DNA of 51,225 bases, counting the filler, from Thelocarpon superellum (taxonomy: Eukaryota), in the NCBI GenBank assembly GCA_026025795.1. It is 2 parts of 2 records of this genome, joined end to end, with 100 filler letters (N's around TTAATTAATTAA, not from the genome) between each part and the next. Parts side by side here need not be neighbours in the genome. Positions count along the whole stretch, not along the records: positions 1 to 25,615 come from JAPEUG010000267.1; 1 more part is not named here. One strand, written 5' to 3'. Of the stretch, positions 11,624 to 22,068 are shown piece after piece. Under the pieces are notes generated by a model. The model was not told where the DNA came from. It saw only the letters and a list, made by a program, of their open reading frames with translations, and ran no database searches. Both the position numbers and the translations under genes were made by a program. Numbering within the stretch: the stretch's first letter is position 1; each line of letters begins with the position of its first letter.

Positions 11624-13024
11624 AACGCAGCAAGGCAGTCGAGGCTGGTCATCCGTTTCTCGTTTGGCGCAGAGGCGCCCCCCACCCTTCGTTTCATGCA
11701 ATCACATGCATCCAGCACGCTAAACTTTCTTCGCCGCGCACTGGACGAGGGCAGTGAGGGAGCCTTTCGGTACGCTCGCCAACTACTTTGTACGGAGCGC
11801 ACTATGGGCTAGCGACGACTGACTCGGTGGCCGAGGTGGGGAGGGATGGAGGGGAAAGGCAGACCGGGGGGTGCGGCGCGGGGGGAGGGGGTGGACGCGG
11901 TGGACTCCACGGAGGAACGGAGCAACGGAGCGTCCTGGTAGACGGGTGCACGTATCACCGTCTCATCATCACTCCTTCCACCATCATGATGGTCCGTACG
12001 ACGCATTCACTGGGGCCCCCCCCCGGGCCGCTGGGACCGGAGCTGGCACTTGCTTTCGCCGTCCGCACGCACTGGCGCTCGCCGACGGGCTCGGTCGAGA
12101 GGAAGAAGCACTTACTGCGTTGGGCAGGCAGGGTCCGGTCATCGATCGAGACCTGGTCAAGCGTCGTGGGTCGGTGGTCGAGCGTCAAGCTTCCAAGCAT
12201 CACGGCGGCGAGCTTGCAGACCGCATGCTGGCGTGCCTCGCGCGCCCACCGTGCTGGTGCGGACCGGGGTGGCGACGGTAAGTTACGAAGGCTTGTCTCG
12301 TACGGTGCTCGTGGTGGTGGTGGTAGCGTCTCCAGGTCTGGCGCGCATCGTCCAGAGCAGGCCATCCCATTTCCTGCCGTGCCGACCCTGGCAATTGCCG
12401 CCCGGTCGTCCAGCGATCCAGAGGCTATTTCAAGACCCCGCGAGAAATCCCTCAGATCATCCACCACTCATCGTCGCCGCGCTTGTGCCCCCGCCGGTCC
12501 AGGACACGCTCGGCATTGATGCGCCGGCGACCATGACTTGCCTCTTTGGGGGGCGACGGCCATCCTGGGGCACGACAGCGCCAGGTCGCTTGGCCCCAGA
12601 GCCTTAGGCGAGCGCGGCGTCGACATGATTGACATGGTTCGGGTGCTTTCGGGGTAGAGTGGGAGCCGCCCGACGTGCTCCGTCCCAGTAGCTTTTGGAT
12701 CCCGGTAGCTCCGGTAGGCGGAAATTCTAAGCGGTCGCCAGCCTCGCCGTCCACGGCTTCCCCGGAAGATCCTCGTTGTGAGGACCCATCCTTCTCTCTT
12801 CCTTCCAGAACCGACCCTAGACGCAAAAAGTCCTTGTGGCGCCTGCCGCTCGCGCAGGGCTGCATGCGCGCCTCGCCGCCAGACACGCTGCTCTAGCGTC
12901 CGCCGCCGTCAAATCTGGAGTCCCGAATCACCCCACGCAATCTGCCACCGACTGCCACCCTCCCCGTGGCATGCTTTATCTGGCCAAGGACGAGCCCTGT
13001 CCGGTGCTTGGACACGGCGAGGCC

Positions 13025-13087
13025 ATGCATGGAATGCACGGAATGCACGGCATGCACGACATGCCCGGCATGCACGGCATGCACGGC
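13025..13087. repeat. Seven imperfect copies of a 9-bp unit (consensus ATGCACGGC)
   Basis: ATGCATGGA ATGCACGGA ATGCACGGC ATGCACGAC ATGCCCGGC ATGCACGGC ATGCACGGC. Confidence 0.9.
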
Positions 13088-14476
13088 ATCCGTACATCTT
13101 GGGTAGCGAAAGGATCCCCGAGATGATCATCCGTAGTCTGACAGGGATCCGAGGCCATCGAATCCCCCGTTCTCTCGAAACAAAAGTCAGGCCCCTGGTT
13201 CGCCGGCTCGCAGGACGAGGACGAAGACGAGGGCGAGTACGAAGAACGAGTCTTACCATCGAGCCCGCGGTGCTCCTGGGCCCCGCGGAAGGGCACCGCT
13301 GGATGGCCCCGTCGGACCTCAGCGCGCGAAATGGTGGGCCGGTCAAGTGGTCCGCCAATGGCAGCGCGGCGTGGATGTTTCATCGTAGCAGCGGTCGAGC
13401 CTTCCTTCCATGCTATCCAAGCCACCCGTCCGCCCGAGCCCAGGTACGCTGGGGTCGGGCGCGAGTCATCCTGCGGGGTTGCAGATCAACCGCGTCCCCG
13501 GGGTGCAGCCAGCGGCCACTAGTCAGTGCTACAGCAGGAGCTGGATGGCGATAGCAGTGCGCACACCCTGACTCAAGCAACCTGGGCATAGGCTAAAACA
13601 AGCCTCGTCCGCCCCGTCACGTAATTGGCCCGTGGTCGCCAGTGGTGGCCAACATTCAGGGAATCGCCGAAGCAATCTGCCATCGTCAGCTTTTTGCATC
13701 GATCCACGTCACGGCACATCGACCGCAACAGCCGCCATCATCCCATCGCCACCAAGGTGGTCTGCCGTGGGGCGCATGACCTGATTTCATCGCCTTGCGC
13801 CAACGTGGCCCTGTCTGCCTGCCGACCTTCTCGAAGAGGCACGATGAGGTGCTGCATCATTGCATCTTGATCGTTCGCCTGCCACCCTCATCCCATCGTA
13901 TTCGTTCTTTCCTCCTCCCCCACGGGTCGCGATGCTGCACTGATCGACTCCGTCCCCCCGATCGCACCTCGTCAACGAGTGGGCATAGCTTCTTGGCCGT
14001 GGTCCTCGCCTGTGATGGTCGACAACCTTACCGTTATACGCGACATTAGCTGCGAATCCTTTTACCCCCTCGATGCTTAGTGTCTGCTCGACACTGGACA
14101 AGCCCTAGGGCCCCTTGGGTTGGCCCAGACCAGGGTAAGGCTCTTGCACCGACGTGCACCTCCAGTCCCTCGATGGAGAGCGCGTCACCGTGAGACTAAC
14201 GATGATATCCGCGAGCAGCAGGAGTTCGTCATCACCGACGCTGGGTCTGCCCGCTGGCACCGCCTCACGACCCTACCTCCACCCGTGCCGGCCTTGCCCG
14301 ACCTGCGGAGGGCCAGCGTCGACCATCGCCCGTCCTCCGGGCTTCTGAGTGGTCAGTCGACGGAGAACGGGCCTCCCCGGACCCAATGGATCTGTAGATC
14401 ACGCCACTGCTCGCGCTTCACCATCACCCTTCTCGCTCCATTCGCATCCGCGGATCACAGGCTTCAGACGACGAGA

Positions 14477-16742
14477 ATGACGAGGCCCACGCCCCCAACG
14501 TCGACCACCCCGGTCGTGCTGACTCGTATCAAGCCGTACGTCTCGTCTCCGTCTTGCGCTTCTGCCCCGCATCCGGCTCTCTCATCCCCAGAGCTGGCGG
14601 TCGCACCTACCAACCCCACCATCACATGGATGTGGAGGGGAAGGCCTGCTGACTTGACCCCCCACTGAATAGTCTCCTTCGAGCCTATGCCTTGGGCTAT
14701 CTCTCGAGCACAAGCCCTCGACTAGTCACGACCCTCGCATCGCTACTGCGCAACGGCCGGAACAAGGAGGAGGCCTTGTCCAAGGTGAGTTCGTCTAGGA
14801 TCAGCCACGCCGTGCCTCCCGCCCTTGCCCGTCCGCGGCCCATCGTCAAGCAGCGGTATGCCTGCAAGGCACACGTTTTCCCAGGCGCGACGCGGCCACT
14901 TCCCTGTCCTGGCATTGATCGTCTCCCGCATCATGTTGTGCTTTTTCGAGTCCTTGCGCACCCCGACCACTCCTCTCACCAGTCCTACCTGCTTCCACGC
15001 AGAGGAGCGCGGCGAGCTTGGCTCCGGCACAACGTGGCCTTCCTTCAGGCTCATCACATGGAGAGGGAGCCATCCTCCCCACTGCGGATGATGGTGGTCC
15101 TTTGAAGCTTGACCGGATCAGGTCACCGCCTTCGCCCTGACGAGAGCTTTCGGAGTGGTCGGGCGTGGGGGATGCACATTGTTTTGCTCGCCATTGTAGC
15201 GCCACGCTATCTTCACCACCACCCCTCGCCGCTAGCCGACCATCAGTCGATGTCGAGCTGTGCTTCCCTTGCCATGAGGCGGCATCAGATGCTCTGACAG
15301 GATCTCGTCGCGATGCATCCTCATTATTTGCTGCTGATAAGGCTAACGCGCGCTTTTCCTCGTAGTTGTTCCAGAGCTTCCGAGCCGCCCTCGCGCTCGA
15401 TCGATTCCCCGCGTTCTGTGGCTTGTTGATCGGCGGATCGACCTTACTCCAGATCCCCCTGGGGAAGCTGCTCGCCTGTCTCCCATATCCGTATCCCGCG
15501 TGGTCTGGGGAAAGATGCGCGCGGCAGTCACGAACGAGGCAAGCACGATTCCTGGCGGCGCTGGTGGCAGCATATCTGAGTTTGTCGCTCCTGAATCGCC
15601 GACCGACCTCCCTTCGAGTGGAGCACGACGATGCGGCGACGACCCCGCGCGAGTCCGAGCATGCCCCACCCGCCGTCGCGTCCCCGCGGCCGACGAGGCG
15701 AGTGACTCGCATGACGGATGCGGCGACCGGTCGGACTATGGATCTGACCCTCTTCGCGGCCACGCGGGCGGTAGACGTGATTGTCGGGGCGCTCTGGGCT
15801 CGACGACGAGTACGGCGGATCGCGGGTGGCCAATGGACGCAGGTCGAGTCGTGGGTGGGCCAGCTGACGGACGCGGCCGTCTTTGCTCTCAGCGCCAGCG
15901 TCGTGATGTGGTCGTGGTTCTACCACCCCCACCGTCTCCCACGCGCCTACAACCAGTGGATCAAAGAAGCGGCCGAGGTCGATGGCCGACTGGTCACCGC
16001 CTTGCGTCGCGCGCGGAGCGGCGAGCTGATCTACGGCGAAGAGACAGGACAAGCCCCATTGTTACAAGGCATGTGCCGTGACCTTGGCTTGCCCGTAGAA
16101 TGGGGTGACCCGGCCAGGACGGTCCCCTTTCCTTGCGACCTGGTGCACATGGGGACCAGTTCCTCGTGCGAGGTCCACGCCGCAAGTCGATTCGCTCGGG
16201 CGTTCAAATTTGCCCTCGCTACCTATCTCCCCTTGACCCTCATTCTGCGAGCGAGATCCCCCAGCCTGCAGGCGTTCACGCAAGCGTTCCGCGACGCGAT
16301 GCGATCATCCTCTTTTCTTGCCGCGTTCATCAGCCTCTTCTACTACTCCATCTGTCTCTCGCGCACGCGTCTTGGGCCGAAGCTTTTCAGCCGTGAGTCC
16401 GTCAGCGCGCAGCAGTGGGACTCCGGTCTGGATATCGGCATCGCATGCACCACGTGCGGCTGGAGTATCTTGATTGAAGCCGAACGGCGGCGACAGGAAG
16501 TGGCGTTTTTCGTTGCCCCTCGAGCTGCGGCCATCTTCTTTCCTCGGCGGTATGACCGGAAGGTATGTGCTCGCGCCGCCCTCCGTGGGCTCATCCTGCT
16601 GATGGACATCCAGTATCAATGGCGAGAGAACCTGGTCTTTGCCTTGAGTACCGCCGTCGTCTTCACCTGTGTTCAGGAGAACCCGCCACGAGTACGAGGG
16701 GTGCTTGGGAAAGTGCTGAGCCGAGTCTTTCGGGCTGTATGA
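14477..16742 (+). CDS. TMEM135/PXMP4-like integral membrane protein; exons 14477-14535, 14673-14784, 15366-16562, 16614-16742
   Basis: PLLRAYALGYLSSTSPRL, RFPAFCGLLIGGSTLL, GRTMDLTLFAATRAVD, MWSWFYHPHRLPRAYNQWI, PCDLVH, RSSSFLAAFISLFYYSICLSRTRLGP, FFVAPRA. Splice phases are consistent. Confidence 0.8.
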
Positions 16743-16979
16743 GACGGCAGCGCTGCGTCACGTAAACAAGAAGAAGATTGATGTACATAGGTATGACGAC
16801 CACGAGATTCTCCGTAGAAAGACCATTTACCCAATCATGGCGAGCGGGAATGTTCCGAAAGGCGCAGAGACGACATTTGACGGCGGATGTCGTCAATCCT
16901 CCTCCATTACATAATCATGGGTATCGAGATCATGACATCGATCTCTGTCGCGGTTCGCCCTTTTGCACCCTCCCCAGCC

Positions 16980-18067
16980 ATGCCCAGATTTTGGAGCACA
17001 TCGCCGAAGCTGGCATTCATCTCATCAGGACGATGGACCTGTCCATCATGCACAAGGGCGAATTGGATGAGCAGTGCTGGAGCTTCACCACGGGCGATCA
17101 GCAACAGCTCTCGATCGAAGCAACATGGCAATCCCACGCTGGAAGAGCTCAGGGCGCCATTCAAGACGAGGAACAACTCCACTCTGTCAGTTTACTTGTT
17201 CCATCTAGCGCCGGGCACTTGCTAACACGCATTCATCCACAGCTATTACACTCTCAGCATCATCCTCGGCACCGTAGCCGTCTCGTATGGATCCGTGCCG
17301 CTGTATAAGATGGTACCGCGGCTTGCTGAAGTGATCTTGCCGATGGGAGAACCTCCTCCGCTAATGCCACCACGGGAGTAGATATGCCAGCAAACAGGCT
17401 GGGGAGGTCAACCGATCAAATCGAGCGTCCATGCAACCGACGACCCCTCGTCACGGCTCCAGCCCGTAACGGACGCGCGCCGTCTACGCATCACATTCAA
17501 CGGGTCCGTGTCTGACGTCCTCCCGTGGAAATTCACGCCGCAGCAGCGCGAGGTCCGCGTCCTACCGGGCGAGACGGCACTGGCCTTCTACACCGCGACG
17601 AACAAGAGCGAGGAGGATATCATTGGCGTGGCCACGTACTCCGTGACGCCGGGTCAGGTGGCGCCTTATTTCAGCAAGATTCAATGTTTTTGCTTCGAAG
17701 GTACGTGCCATGACCTGTGTCCTACACTTCCGTTCGAGTCGTGTGAGCTCGGGTGTCTTCACGAGGGCCGTCATGGCCACGATGATGCTGACGGGCGCAT
17801 TGCGTAAATAGAGCAACGACTCAACGCAGGCGAGACGGTCGACATGCCCGTCTTCTTCTTCATCGACCCGGATTTCGTCAAGGATCCTCAGATGAAAGGC
17901 ATTGATACCGTCACGTTATCCTACACCTTCTTTAGTGAGTCTACTTGCAGCATGTCTGGGCTGAGGGACGAACCAGGTCGATGGAGAATGTCTTGCTAAC
18001 CCCGCCCCCATCTACAGAAGCTCGATACGATCAAAATGGCAATCTGAAGCCCTTCCCCACCGCTTGA
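16980..18067 (+). CDS. COX11: Cytochrome c oxidase assembly copper chaperone Cox11; multi-exon (start codon uncertain, alternatives at about 16917 and 16932)
   Basis: YYTLSIILGTVAVSYGSVPLYKM|ICQQTGWGG, LPWKFTPQQREVRVLPGETALAFY, YFSKIQCFCFE, VDMPVFFFIDPDF, TLSYTFF. Confidence 0.95.
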
Positions 18068-18274
18068 TATCTTGATTCTTCCCTTTACCTTGCTTCTCGG
18101 ATCCCATTTGGTGCTTCCAGAGGGACATGCATCACCTGGCGTTGAACAGGACGGAAGGACTCCGCACCACTAGGCATACCACACATCGGCGTTCTCTACA
18201 TGAATTCATCTATTCTACGACAGACAGAGTAGGGACATGTCCCTGCAAGTTCACCTCGTAGCGTAGTGTAATGC

Positions 18275-19848
18275 CTAACGCAATGCAACGCCCAAGCGCT
18301 CCACCAACCTGGCTCTCACGGCATCATGCAGCGCGTTGGCCTGATCGTTGGTGAGGGTGCGATAGAGACTGCGGTAGTTGATGCGATAGCAAAGACTTTT
18401 CCGGCGCGTCTTTGGATGCGTGAATGCGTCGACGAGCTGGACGTCCTCGACTTCGTCGCCCGCCACGTCGCGCACTAATTCCATGATGTCGTTCTCGTGC
18501 ACGCTGTCTTCTGCGGGCAAAGCACCGCCGGAACTGTTGGTGGGGGCGGTGGTGCTGGTGGTGGCCGGCACGGTGGAGGAAGGGGTGGAGATGGGGATGG
18601 CGCTCGAAGGAAGCCAGAAGGCGACGTCCTTGTAGCAGGCCGGATAACGAGAGAACGGGGCGTAGCGCGGGGTGCGGGTGAGATCCGAGGCGGAGAATTG
18701 AGAAAGGAAGCGCGGATCGCGAGACCAGAAGAGCCGGATGTCGGGAATAGAGAAGAGGAGCATGGCGATGCGTTCGAGGCCGACGCCAAACGCCCACCCG
18801 AGCTGGTCCGGGACCCCGGCTGCGATAGGGAGAGATTGGGCCACGACCCCGCAGCCAAGTACCTCGAGCCAGTCGCCGTTCCAGAAGACCTCGAGCTCAT
18901 AAGATGGGCTGGTGAACGGGAAGTAGGCTTCGACCCACCGGACTCGTAAGGGTTTCCGTGCGTCTGCGGAGGAATCGCCGGCGGCTGCGGCGGCGTTCTT
19001 GGCGCGAGAGAAGATGTCGGCGACGACCACTTCGAGTGATCGTTTCAGATGTGCCGCGATGGCTTCCGTTTCTTCAGCGCTGTGGTACTGGCTTTGGAGA
19101 GGGTTGCGTTCGGGGTGGGTCGTGGGGTTGGGGTCTTCGACTTCGACGTTGTGTCGCGGAAGGCTCTCCAGATCGCTCAAGACGGCTTTGGCGATGTCGC
19201 CGTGAGGAACCTTCGATCGGTCCCACATGCGCGCTCCTTCCATCTGGTGGAAGATGGGATAATGGCTCCGGTCAATTGCATCCCGCCGATAGACATCAGC
19301 ACTGATCAGAAAGCCCGGGCTCTCGTTGGCGCGAAAGGTGTCCGCTTGGTGGGCACTCGTGTGTGTTCGTAGGACTGTGTCCTTGTTCACATAGTAGGTA
19401 TCGGTGCGACTCCGGCCTGGGTGGTTGGCAGGAAAGCCTAACGAGTCGAAGTTCTGGCCCACGGACACGACCGGGAAGAGGGAATTGAGATGTCGATACG
19501 TTGGCGCGGGGAAGCGTGCCTCGATGATTTGCCTCGTCAAGGCGATAGGGTGACTTGGCTGAAGGTGGAGACGGCGAGGAACAGCAGAGATGATACTCTC
19601 GGGCGTGTTCGTCCATGAGTCCGTCTCGTATATCTTTCCGTCAATCTCGAGCGACTTTCGGGCCCGGACAGACGCTGAGAAAATCAAAGATGGCTCGTCA
19701 AATGACGGAGAGCGGCCTCACCCGTGGACTTGCACCTGGCATATCGCCTCGCATCGGCTCTCAAATCTGTGATGGATTTCCCTGTCTCAACGTAGCTCCC
19801 ATACCTCCGGGCTGTCCTCACCACCCTCCCTGTAACAAGGAGCCGCAT
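18275..19848 (-). CDS. MSF1: Mitochondrial phenylalanyl-tRNA synthetase; 1 intron near 5' end
   Basis: Arg-rich presequence from ATG 19848; HPGRSRTDTYY, LRTHTSAHQ, VYRRDAIDRSHYPIFHQMEG, YFPFTSPSYELEV, GWAFGVGLERIAM, C-terminal FDX-ACB domain (SLCYRINYRS). Confidence 0.95.
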
Positions 19849-20151
19849 GTTGTGTCTACCTCATCTCGACCTGCGAGCTGTTCCCATCGAGAACAGCTCG
19901 GCACGGTGCAACTAGGGGTCTTATGTCATCCAAGTCGCGAGTCTCTTGTGCTCCTTAACCGAAAGGTTCCTTCGCCTGTCGTTTCCTTGCTGCAGCGGCC
20001 GGCAAGACGGCCGATGACCGGACCAAGTCCTCGTATCGCTCGAGCCGGAACTTGCACGTCCAGCACGTTTGCCCTTCTTCGTCCCAGCTTCTCGTTGCCC
20101 CTTCCCCCCGCGTCGAGGCAGCGGTATGCTACGGCTACAGCTTCACTCACT

Positions 20152-21292
20152 ATGTCCGCATCGAGTCGCCGTGATGGAGATGTTCAGCCATCATCCGCGG
20201 TGTCCCACGTCCACTATCCTTTTTGGTTCGGCGGATCGGCGTCATGCTTTGCAGCTTCGGTGACCCATCCCTTGGACCTTGGTAGGTTGCCGCCGGGTGT
20301 GGCAATTGGTACAGACCAGCTAATCAGCTGATAGTTAAGGTGCTGTGACGCGGAGGAGAAGGGCAGAGAAACATTCAAGAGCATTTGCTGAGCCTCCACA
20401 GGTCCGACTACAAACCGCGGGCAAAGATGCACCGAGCAAAAAGATGCTGGGCACGTTTGTCCATATCCTGAAGGACGATGGATTCATCGGTCTCTACCGC
20501 GGAGTGAGTTGAAAGGAGATGAGTTTGCAATCTCAAAACTGACACTCCCACCCTAGCTCTCTGCCAGTCTTTTACGCCAATGTAAGCTTGCAGATCTGGT
20601 TCTCCTCGTGGACCTATATTCTAAATACACGCGTCGACGTAGTGACGTACAGCACCACGCGCTTTGGGGTGTACGAAGAGCTCAAGGAGACCTTTACCAC
20701 GGCCAAGACCTCGCCCTCCTTCCCTTCGCTGATTGCTATGGCCTCGGCATCGGGATGGCTCGGCGGCGTGGCCGGAAACCCGGCGGACGTACTGAACGTG
20801 CGCATGCAACATGATGCCGCCCTCCCCCCGGCCGAGCGTCGCCATTACAAGAACGCGGTGGATGGACTCTTTCGCATGACGCGTGAAGAGGGCTGGCGCT
20901 CTCTCTTTCGAGGCGTGTGGCCCAACAGCATGCGCGCCGTGCTCATGACCGCCTCGCAATTGGCCTCGTACGACCAGTTCAAGCGGATCTTGGTCACCAA
21001 CACCCCCCTCGAAGACAATCTGACGACCCACTTTACCGCTTCCTTCATGGCTGGCTTCGTTGCCACGACGGTGTGCAGCCCGGTCGACGTGATCAAGACT
21101 CGCATCATGAGCGCGAGGGAGAAGAAGGGTCTGTTGAAGCTACTTACAGACATCTACCGTGCCGAGGGCATCTCTTGGACCTTTCGGGGATGGGTCCCGA
21201 GCTTCGTCCGTCTGGGCCCTCACACCATCGCCACTTTTCTCTTCCTGGAGCAACATAAGAAGATCTACCGTCATCTGAAAGGTGTCGACTGA
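20152..21292 (+). CDS. DIC1: Mitochondrial dicarboxylate carrier; 5 exons including a 5-nt and a 25-nt micro-exon
   Basis: HYPFWFGGSASCFAASVTHPLDLVKVRLQ, LSASLLRQLTYSTTRFGVYE, GNPADVLNVRMQ, CSPVDVIKTRIM, RLGPHTIATFLFLEQ. Confidence 0.92.
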
Positions 21293-22068
21293 ATCGACCG
21301 ACGGCCTCGACTCGCTTTCATCTGTGCTTGCTTCCCCCCACTTGAGTCCGTTTGCATTGCGGCGCTTGTGTTCAGCGAGTCCTGCGTTTACGTGCGCGTG
21401 CGTGTGCGTGTTGCACTTTGGCCTACACCAAACATGATTTCACAGGGCGACGGCGACGGCGACGGCGCGGACGATGCAGCACCTTTCTAGAGGATAGATA
21501 TCGGATTCTGGACCCTGGATAGATGACACTGGATCACTAGAGGCATATTCAGCATAGATCCGGCGTTGGTCATTTCTCAAGTGTTTCTCGGACGCTTTCT
21601 TTTGCTCTGCTGTCACGCTTCTCCACTCTGCTCATCGGCGCTTCATATCTCTGTTGTCCTTTCATTTCACTTCACTTGTATACGACCTTGACCTTGACCT
21701 TGACTCTAGCATTCAACAAGGGCCATCATTGCATCAATACCATACCATCTCATCCTAGTCAACTGCAGACGAAGTAGGATGAGATAAGAGATGCAGGAGC
21801 TACTTGACAGTATCGCCATTCATCTTGTATGCTGTATCTGAGGGGGCGGCGCATGCGGTGCATCGGTCCGTATCAGGAGCCTGTTCGTTGTCACTGTAGT
21901 GAAAGACATGGGAATCAAAGTACGTAGCGCAATCGCCCGTAATGATCCCAGGATCCCCGTGTTCTATTATGCAAGCTCGCTGATAGCGCACGTACAAGCG
22001 GCTGAGAACAAGCTCAACCATCCCCCCAATCCGTACTTGCTGAGTAGACACGCGCGAGTATGCACGTC

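Noticed and set aside
15136..15160. CTGACGA as a hammerhead core in the long intron
   Set aside because: No stem II followed by GAAA and no stem I/III pairing.
18510..18610. Ser/Thr/Pro-rich insertion in the MSF1 anticodon-binding domain as an intein or intron
   Set aside because: A short low-complexity in-frame loop without intein motifs or a clear splice-site pair.
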